Source: a virus. Taken from it: a DNA stretch of 64,000 nucleotides. This document shows positions 57,244-64,000 of this stretch, piece by piece. Positions within the stretch are counted from its first letter, which is position 1; each line of letters begins with the position of its first letter. The position numbers were made by a program, and so were the translations under genes. Below the pieces are notes generated by a model. That model made no database searches. It saw nothing but the letters and a program-made list of their open reading frames with translations, and was not told the origin of the DNA. The stretch spans positions 12,685-76,684 of the IMG/VR virus record IMGVR_UViG_3300032164_000004; one strand, given 5' to 3'.

Positions 57244-57640
57244 AGATTTAGACCATATAGGATATGTTGTAAGAAGTATTCTAGAAAGTGTAGTAGGTTT
57301 TTCGAAACATTTGGGTGTTATTTGGTCTAGAAAAGTTTATAGAGATATTCAACAGGAAGTTAATGTTACTTTTATTACACAAGGTATAGGAAAAACATTA
57401 ATAGAGTTGGTGGAACCTATTGGAAATGATTCTCCAGTTAAACGTTTTTTAGATAAAACTAGTGGAGGATTGCATCATCTTTGTTATACTGTAGACCGAT
57501 TAAACGAGTCATTGAATTTTTATAGAAACTGTGGTTGCTTAATAGTTAAAGAACCGGAATTCGCTAAAGCATTTAAAGGACGAAGAGTAGCTTGGATAAT
57601 GACACCTGAAATGCTTTTAATTGAATTATTGGAATTATAA
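57236..57640 (+). CDS. VOC/methylmalonyl-CoA epimerase-like protein
   Basis: DHIGYVV, IELVEP...SPV..FL...GGLHHLCY, LIELLE. Confidence 0.85.
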   Translation: MFKDLDHIGYVVRSILESVVGFSKHLGVIWSRKVYRDIQQEVNVTFITQGIGKTLIELVEPIGNDSPVKRFLDKTSGGLHHLCYTVDRLNESLNFYRNCGCLIVKEPEFAKAFKGRRVAWIMTPEMLLIELLEL

Positions 57641-57642
57641 TT

Positions 57643-58737
57643 ATGTTTATTGAACCTCATTTAAATCATATTGATAATCTTATATTTGAAGATCCAGAAA
57701 AATTATGTTCAATATTTTTTTATTTTATTCTAGGTGAGATTAAATATAAGGTTAAATGGGATGGTAATCCTTCGATCATATATGGTCATCACCTAGAAAA
57801 TGGTAAGTTTTTTGTCGCAACTAAAAATGGATTTAATTCTAAAAGTAATCCAAAACTGATTTATAAACCAGAAGATATTGAAAAACATTATCCTAAATCA
57901 TCTCCATATTTTAGATATATGATAGAAACCGCTTCGAATAAATTGCGGGCTTATGGTTCTCCAGGATCCGCAATGTATGTACATTGCGATTTACTTTTTG
58001 GAAATATGGAAATATTTAGAGATAATGATAAGAAATATATTGGATTTACTCCTAATTTATTAACCTATGGTATTAATGCGGAAAGCATTGAGGCAATTAA
58101 AATAATTCGGAGTGATTTAGGTATGGTAATTCATTCGGTGTACGATGTATTCGAAACTGGAGAAACATATACATTATATGAAATGCCTGAATATCATTTA
58201 AAATCTATTCAGGATATGTTTTTTCGGTGTAATACTTCTTCCAAAATTTATGTGGTGGATCATTCGGATTTGCAATTGAAATGGGACGCTACAAAACGTT
58301 GTGAGTTTTTTAAATATAATAATTACCTTAATGATATTTTAAATTCCGGACACTTTCAGAAATTATTGACATATGTTTCGGAGAATAAATTAACCAAACA
58401 TTTTATAAAATGTATGAATAGGTCTGATTCGGCGAACTATAAAATTTCGGGACCTAATTTCACTATACTTTTACGAGACCATGTTCCAAAGAAATATCAT
58501 AGTTCACTTTTTTCGGGAGCATTTTCAATTGGTTTTGATATGATGATTATTATTTTCGATTATTTGGAAAAATTGAAAGTTAAATTTTTAGAGGAAATTG
58601 AAGATCCGTTTGATGTATTTTATAATGGGATGAGAACAACACACGAAGGTTTAATATTGAATGATACCGGGATATATTATAAGTTAGTTAGTAGGAATAA
58701 TTTCACTAAACGATTAATGGAAAAATATCATGGATAA
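57643..58737 (+). CDS. DUF6267-like ligase-fold protein
   Basis: HLNHID, KWDGNPSI, FFVATK, FTPN, HEG..YKLVSR..F. Confidence 0.65.
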   Translation: MFIEPHLNHIDNLIFEDPEKLCSIFFYFILGEIKYKVKWDGNPSIIYGHHLENGKFFVATKNGFNSKSNPKLIYKPEDIEKHYPKSSPYFRYMIETASNKLRAYGSPGSAMYVHCDLLFGNMEIFRDNDKKYIGFTPNLLTYGINAESIEAIKIIRSDLGMVIHSVYDVFETGETYTLYEMPEYHLKSIQDMFFRCNTSSKIYVVDHSDLQLKWDATKRCEFFKYNNYLNDILNSGHFQKLLTYVSENKLTKHFIKCMNRSDSANYKISGPNFTILLRDHVPKKYHSSLFSGAFSIGFDMMIIIFDYLEKLKVKFLEEIEDPFDVFYNGMRTTHEGLILNDTGIYYKLVSRNNFTKRLMEKYHG

Positions 58738-59365
58738 GAGAAGAGTTATTTTTACATTTGGTAGGTTTCAACCACCAACATATGGACATATGGAATTATT
58801 TAAACATATGGGGGTTATTGCTCGTATTGATCCTATTGTAGTTTTTCCTAGTAGAGTGTGCGATGAAAAGAAAAATGATTTGAATAACAATCCTCTCTCA
58901 GTTGAAGAAAAAATATACTATTTACGAAACTCGGTTCCACCATATCCGGATTATGGTTCGTCGCCGGCGCTAGCTAAATGGATAAGTTGTCTTAATGTGC
59001 CGGAAGTTACTAATCCTTTCAATGCGGTAACTTATTTATCGGATACTTTACATTTTAATGATATTACTTTGGTGGTTGGTGGCGACCGTTTGATTGATCT
59101 CCAAAAAATTAAAAATTATATTAATCTTGAGGATAAAGAAAAGAGCTTAAATAAAACGCAATTTATCCACAATTTTCAAGTTGTGGGTTCACCAGATAGA
59201 AATTTTATTTCTGGTACTGTGATGAGGGATTTTGTTATGTCTGGTCTTTTTCAGTCTTTTGTGGGCGGATTACCACCAAATATGTCAGTTTCAAATGCAA
59301 TCGAACTATATAATATATTGGGGAATCGTTTAGGCCAAGAAAGTGAAATTTCTCTATGTCGGTGA
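58730..59365 (+). CDS. cytidyltransferase-like protein
   Basis: FTFGRFQPPTYGH, NPLS..EK, VVGGDR, ISGT.MR. Confidence 0.8.
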   Translation: MDKRRVIFTFGRFQPPTYGHMELFKHMGVIARIDPIVVFPSRVCDEKKNDLNNNPLSVEEKIYYLRNSVPPYPDYGSSPALAKWISCLNVPEVTNPFNAVTYLSDTLHFNDITLVVGGDRLIDLQKIKNYINLEDKEKSLNKTQFIHNFQVVGSPDRNFISGTVMRDFVMSGLFQSFVGGLPPNMSVSNAIELYNILGNRLGQESEISLCR

Positions 59366-59865
59366 CATTAAACGCGGTATTTGCAAAGTTGGCTCAGTTA
59401 GAAGAATCGAAAGTTCCGAGTCCGGATGAAAATATAACATTTTCGTATTTTCTATTGGATAGACCATCTTCTACTACTTTATACAAATGGGCTCAAGATA
59501 ATAATATAAAAAATGTTGAAGCTCCAGAAAAGATGCATTCTACGGTGGTTTATAGTAGAGTTCCATTTAAAGGTTATAACACATATCAGAATAATTTGAC
59601 GTTGAGTCCTACAACATATAGATTAGCGACATTAAATGGAGCGTTGGTTTTAATCTATAACCATCCTATAGTAAAACAACAAAATCGAATAGCTAGGAAT
59701 TGTGGAGCGCAGTCAGATTATCCGATTTTCATTCAGCACATTACTATTTCATATTCTCCTGGTCCCATTCAACGTTTTTTGTTCAATAAATTATTAATCC
59801 CAAGGTTTCCTATAACATTCACAAGAGAGTATTTAGAATCGATAACAGCAGATACAAATATATGA
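59356..59865 (+). CDS. acb1: anti-CBASS 2H phosphodiesterase (T4 gp57B-like)
   Basis: Two HxT motifs in T4-like context: EKMHSTVVYSRVP and GAQSDY...HITISY. Confidence 0.8.
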   Translation: MSVTLNAVFAKLAQLEESKVPSPDENITFSYFLLDRPSSTTLYKWAQDNNIKNVEAPEKMHSTVVYSRVPFKGYNTYQNNLTLSPTTYRLATLNGALVLIYNHPIVKQQNRIARNCGAQSDYPIFIQHITISYSPGPIQRFLFNKLLIPRFPITFTREYLESITADTNI

Positions 59866-60284
59866 ATACTAACAAGGTATTAGATGCATATTATTATTTA
59901 GAGATAAAAAGCCAATACCGTTTTGAAGAAAAGGTATTGAAAATGCTTTGGTTTGCAGATGTTTTAAGTTTAAGGAAATATGGTCGTAGTGTTAGTGGAT
60001 GTGATTTAGGTGGAGGTATTAAAGAACTTCCGGTTCGTGACGTTGAATTTGTGCGAGGAACTTATCGAGATTTTGGTAATTTATCTCGTTCAGATATGAT
60101 GATTATGGATTTTGTATTTTTGTATTTTGAAGGAATGACTGAAAAGGAATGTGATGATTTTGAAATCCCCAATTCCATTTCTTTAGAAGGTATTTTAGAA
60201 GGTTTACCATATGCTAAGGAATTAATGGAAGATATTAAAGAAAATATCGCATTAAAGGCATATTTTAGAAAAGTAGGTATATGA
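59862..60284 (+). CDS. Panacea (DUF4065/SocA-like) domain protein
   Basis: KVLKMLWFAD..SLRKYGRSVSG; LSRSD. Confidence 0.6.
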   Translation: MNTNKVLDAYYYLEIKSQYRFEEKVLKMLWFADVLSLRKYGRSVSGCDLGGGIKELPVRDVEFVRGTYRDFGNLSRSDMMIMDFVFLYFEGMTEKECDDFEIPNSISLEGILEGLPYAKELMEDIKENIALKAYFRKVGI

Positions 60285-62155
60285 GAATCCATTTTATCGT
60301 AACATCCAATAAAAAATTTAATTTTGGGTATTATCGAGCGGTGGTATCGGCACTCCACACCCAAACGGTTGATGGTGCCACTATCATTGAAACCGAAGGA
60401 TTACCGGATTCAAAATATATCCAATATTTACAAAAAAATCCAAGAGTTAAATTTGAACATTATGATTTACCGGAAAGTTTACTCAAATATGTCCCAGCTA
60501 TTCAAAAAGATTATATACAATGGAATATTCTTTATGAGCGTGGTGGTATTGTAGCTGATTTGGATACTATGTGGTTATTAGATATAACTGGTGATTTGGG
60601 AGATAAAGACATTTTAGTCCCTATGGATATATCGAAAATGGAAGATTGTGAACATCCATTTAATAATGCTATCATTATGGCTAAACCACAAAGTTTTATT
60701 GTTGGGGAGTTAATACATGAGTGTAAAAAACGTTTATTAAATCACCTTATTCCTATAAAATGGGGTGATACGGGACCAGCATTATTAACCAAAATTATCA
60801 AGGAAAATTTATCTAAAGTCCAAATTGGCGAATTTCGCGTTTATGGTGGTTTTGGTGGTCATGAAATTCTTAAATTTTATGATGGGACTATAAATGTTAG
60901 TCCAAAAACTAAAGTACTCCATTTATTTTCACAAGCATCTGGCGGCCGATTTGATGAAATATCGGAATGGGATATAAAGAAATGGCTTAAAGAACGCGGT
61001 CGCCATTATAAACCAATGTTTGATTATTTACAAACACATAAAGTTCGAAATATATTGGAAATAGGAACTTTTAATGGCGATAATGCCGTTGGGATGATTA
61101 AAACATCGCTTGCTCCTCAAAATGAAATTACATATTATGGTATAGATATATTCGAAAAATCGAATGAAAAAAAGACTCAGGATGAAGTTTTGAAAGGTTA
61201 TAATTCTCCTCCACCTATAGATGTTGTTAAATCTAACATAGTGCAAAATACTGGAGCTAATGTATGTTTATTTAAAGGAGATTCAACATATACATTACCT
61301 CAATGTGCTTTACCTATAATGGATTTTATTTATATTGATGGTGGACATAGCGTTGATACCATTCGAAAAGATTGGCAAAATGTTCAGAGGTTAATAGGTC
61401 CTGATACCGCAATTTTCTTTGATGATTATTTTATTGGCCGTGATGATATAGGATGTAAGTTTCTTGAAAATGAGATCGATAGGAGCAAATTCAATTGTGG
61501 AGTAATAGGTGAAGTAGATGATTATGGCGAATTTCGAGATGTACTTATGTTGGTACACAAACACGAACCTTTAGATAAAGAATATTATTTACGTTTAACA
61601 GAAGAGGAAGGTCCGTTTTCTAAAACTTTAGGTGAAGCTGTATTAAATTTTATAAATCCTACTAGTGTTGTTGATGTTGGATGTGGTACTGGGCTCTATT
61701 TAAAACCTTTTATTGAACGGGGCGGTATATATGTTAAAGGTATGGAAATAAATCCTATTGCCGTTGAAAATAGTGTTATTTCTAAAGATTTAATAATTAA
61801 AAAGGATATTTGTAATCTAGGAATCTTTGCTTTTAAAGGCGACACGGGTGGTGTGGGTTATGATGTTGCTATTTGTTTAGAGGTATTCGAGCATATAAAT
61901 GAGGTACACATACCTAAAGCATTATTAAATTTATGTGGTTTATCGGACCTTATAATATTTTCATCAGCGCAACCAGGTCAAGGTGGAAATGGTCACGTTT
62001 TTCTAAAACCTAAGTCTTTTTGGGAAGAAAAATTTAGTGAATTAGGATATTTTAAAGATTATGATTTGGAGATAGATATTTGGAATTATGTCAAAAAAAG
62101 GCGCCATATGGGTTGGTTTAGACAGAATTTTCAAGTATTTAGGTATAAAGAATGA
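60281..62155 (+). CDS. GT32-like DxD glycosyltransferase fused to two class I methyltransferase domains
   Basis: ILYERGGIVADLD, WGDTGP; LEIGTFNG...IYIDGGHS...FDDY; VDVGCGTG...CLEVFEHI...GQGGNGHV. Confidence 0.82.
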   Translation: MRIHFIVTSNKKFNFGYYRAVVSALHTQTVDGATIIETEGLPDSKYIQYLQKNPRVKFEHYDLPESLLKYVPAIQKDYIQWNILYERGGIVADLDTMWLLDITGDLGDKDILVPMDISKMEDCEHPFNNAIIMAKPQSFIVGELIHECKKRLLNHLIPIKWGDTGPALLTKIIKENLSKVQIGEFRVYGGFGGHEILKFYDGTINVSPKTKVLHLFSQASGGRFDEISEWDIKKWLKERGRHYKPMFDYLQTHKVRNILEIGTFNGDNAVGMIKTSLAPQNEITYYGIDIFEKSNEKKTQDEVLKGYNSPPPIDVVKSNIVQNTGANVCLFKGDSTYTLPQCALPIMDFIYIDGGHSVDTIRKDWQNVQRLIGPDTAIFFDDYFIGRDDIGCKFLENEIDRSKFNCGVIGEVDDYGEFRDVLMLVHKHEPLDKEYYLRLTEEEGPFSKTLGEAVLNFINPTSVVDVGCGTGLYLKPFIERGGIYVKGMEINPIAVENSVISKDLIIKKDICNLGIFAFKGDTGGVGYDVAICLEVFEHINEVHIPKALLNLCGLSDLIIFSSAQPGQGGNGHVFLKPKSFWEEKFSELGYFKDYDLEIDIWNYVKKRRHMGWFRQNFQVFRYKE

Positions 62156-62227
62156 TTCGTACAATCCGAATATTATAAATATAGATAGTATTGAAGTTCT
62201 GGATTTTCCGATTACTAAATATAGGAG

Positions 62228-62386
62228 ATGAGTATGATCGATTCTTTGCCATTATCTTTAATTGAGGCGGTAAAGAAGAAATTGAAAAAGGATAAGGATA
62301 AAGATAAATTACCTGAACCCGAACAAATCATAATTAATCCTCCTGTGCCCGACCCATACGGTCCTATATCGATGAGAAACCAGTAG
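62228..62386 (+). CDS. small late hypothetical protein
   Basis: MSMIDSLPLSLIEAVKKK...; late-type CTAAATA upstream. Confidence 0.45.
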   Translation: MSMIDSLPLSLIEAVKKKLKKDKDKDKLPEPEQIIINPPVPDPYGPISMRNQ

Positions 62387-62441
62387 TAAAAATAAGAACT
62401 AAATATTAAAGTAGAACAAATTAGTAAGGAAGAGTGTATCT

Positions 62442-64000
62442 ATGCCTTTATGGACAAAATCAAGACCGCCTGATTGGGCGCGTGATGCCATTGCAACCGA
62501 ATTCGGTTGGTGCGATCCTGTTACCAATGAAGTTTTAGTATCGATTAGCGACCTGATTGGCGCTGCCGTAGCATCTGTAAACGAAGTTTATCAAACCCGT
62601 AATATTAGACAACCTTTTTATACGGATTCAACTGGAGATTTTTACGATGTTGGGTCAGAAGTCCCGTATAAATTGGGAGATACTATTACGTTTAATGTTA
62701 AATATAGCGAACCAGTAACTATTACTGGATTTCCTTATTTGACTATATATTTTAATACTCAGGCTAGAAACATCCCATATGTTGATGGATCAGCCCACGC
62801 TAATGGTATTTTAACATTTCCATATGATGTTCAAGCTGGTGATGATTGTACATACGGTGAGGTTTACGCTGCTTCACCTATAGAATTAAATGGTGGAACA
62901 ATCAAAGAAACTCATGGTACGGTTACAAGTTGCATAATTGCTGGGACTAATACGGGATACACTACAGCACCTACTATTTTGTTTAGTGGCGGGGGAGCTA
63001 CAGTTCAAGCCCGAGCTTCATGTACTATTAATTCTGGTTCTATTAACACTGTAACTATTATTAATCCTGGTGTTGGTTATACTAGTACTCCAAGTGTTGC
63101 ATTAAGTGGTGGGAATGCCGCATTAATTGCGGTTGTAACTTATCAAAATGCATCCAGAGTTATTGCGGCTGCTCAAATGGATCAATTAAAGCTCATTTCA
63201 GTTGATTCTACGGTACCTACAGCATCGAGTGCTGCTCCACAACATGACGGTGCATCCGGTGATTCTATAGTAACCGATGATATCATTACATTGGCTGTAT
63301 CAACATCAAGTCCTGTTACTGTGGTTGGTGTACCTACTGTCGCATTGACCGTTGGTGTGGAAACAAGATCATTAGTATATGATCCATTAGATCCTGATGG
63401 TACTGACACTTTACTGATATTCCATTATACTGTTGTTTCCGCCGATTTAGCTTATGCTGGAGAAGTTGATGTAGCTTCTGTTATTGTATGTGGTTCTGGT
63501 GTGACCATAAAAGATTCTTATGGTAACCCAATGAATCTGGCAATTAGTCCTGATTCAACGTCAACATGGGAAGTAAATAGTGTTGGGGAATTTGATACGG
63601 TAACCATTGCCTCAAATGCTCACGGTACGCAACCAGTAACTGCTGACGTGATAACCGTTTCTGTAGCAACCACAAAGAACGCTGTTGTAGTTGGTATTCC
63701 AACATTAATTTTAAATATTAATAGTACATTAAGAACCGCTTCATATTCTGCTGGAGTATCTACGGCTACCAGTTTGAAGTTCTTATATACTGTTGTTGGT
63801 GGAGATGTAGCAACAGCAACACAATTCCACGTCGATACTCCAGTTGTATTAGGAACTGGTAAGACTATTAAAGATGCGGCTGGAGTTAGTTTCAGTCCGT
63901 TAACATTTACTCCGCCTACTACTACAGCATGGGCCGTAAATGATGTTGGTGCATTTGGTGCTGTAACAATTGCCTCAAGTGCTCATGCTACGCAACCGGT
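62442..64000 (+). CDS. long virion structural/adhesin-like protein (partial, runs off window)
   Basis: Open frame MPLWTKSRPPDW...; repeated F.Y(D/T)V..GD Ig-like units and GYTTAPTI.FSGGG; late promoter CTAAATA at about 62399. Confidence 0.75.
   Translation, partial: MPLWTKSRPPDWARDAIATEFGWCDPVTNEVLVSISDLIGAAVASVNEVYQTRNIRQPFYTDSTGDFYDVGSEVPYKLGDTITFNVKYSEPVTITGFPYLTIYFNTQARNIPYVDGSAHANGILTFPYDVQAGDDCTYGEVYAASPIELNGGTIKETHGTVTSCIIAGTNTGYTTAPTILFSGGGATVQARASCTINSGSINTVTIINPGVGYTSTPSVALSGGNAALIAVVTYQNASRVIAAAQMDQLKLISVDSTVPTASSAAPQHDGASGDSIVTDDIITLAVSTSSPVTVVGVPTVALTVGVETRSLVYDPLDPDGTDTLLIFHYTVVSADLAYAGEVDVASVIVCGSGVTIKDSYGNPMNLAISPDSTSTWEVNSVGEFDTVTIASNAHGTQPVTADVITVSVATTKNAVVVGIPTLILNINSTLRTASYSAGVSTATSLKFLYTVVGGDVATATQFHVDTPVVLGTGKTIKDAAGVSFSPLTFTPPTTTAWAVNDVGAFGAVTIASSAHATQP

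Noticed and set aside
437-63409. Most minus-strand ORFs in the track
   Set aside because: Antisense shadows of well-supported plus-strand genes
1-64000. Alternative genetic code or suppressor tRNA
   Set aside because: Core genes are intact in code 11, TAG and TGA end genes normally, and no CUA/UCA anticodon was found; the UAG, UAA and UGA anticodons here are ordinary Leu/Ser

Overview
64 kb of a large, AT-rich T4-like myophage genome in the standard genetic code, almost entirely on the + strand. It opens with the late structural block: end of gp18, gp19, intein-containing portal gp20, gp21, gp22, gp23 and gp3. Then come uvsY/uvsW and a nested tandem-repeat array read by an antisense sigma70 promoter (candidate origin). 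The replication/transcription core follows: gp55, gp47, gp46, gp45, gp44, gp62, regA, a naturally split gp43, uvsX and gp41. Interleaved is a rich accessory region with 18 tRNAs (several with non-canonical loops), two unusual tRNA-like RNAs, and a Ro60/TROVE gene preceded by four covarying structured RNA repeats (candidate minimal Y RNAs, the best lead). It also carries an RNA ligase, NAD salvage (NatV/NadV), Acb1, orphan Panacea- and HicB-like antitoxins, an ACP-FkbH-GNAT-macrodomain operon, a SET protein, a PEP-CTERM protein, and an IMPDH/GMP reductase fractured by a split intein with a free-standing endonuclease. Several genes hint at an Acidobacteria-like host (inference). All calls are by eye from motifs and gene order; no searches were run.
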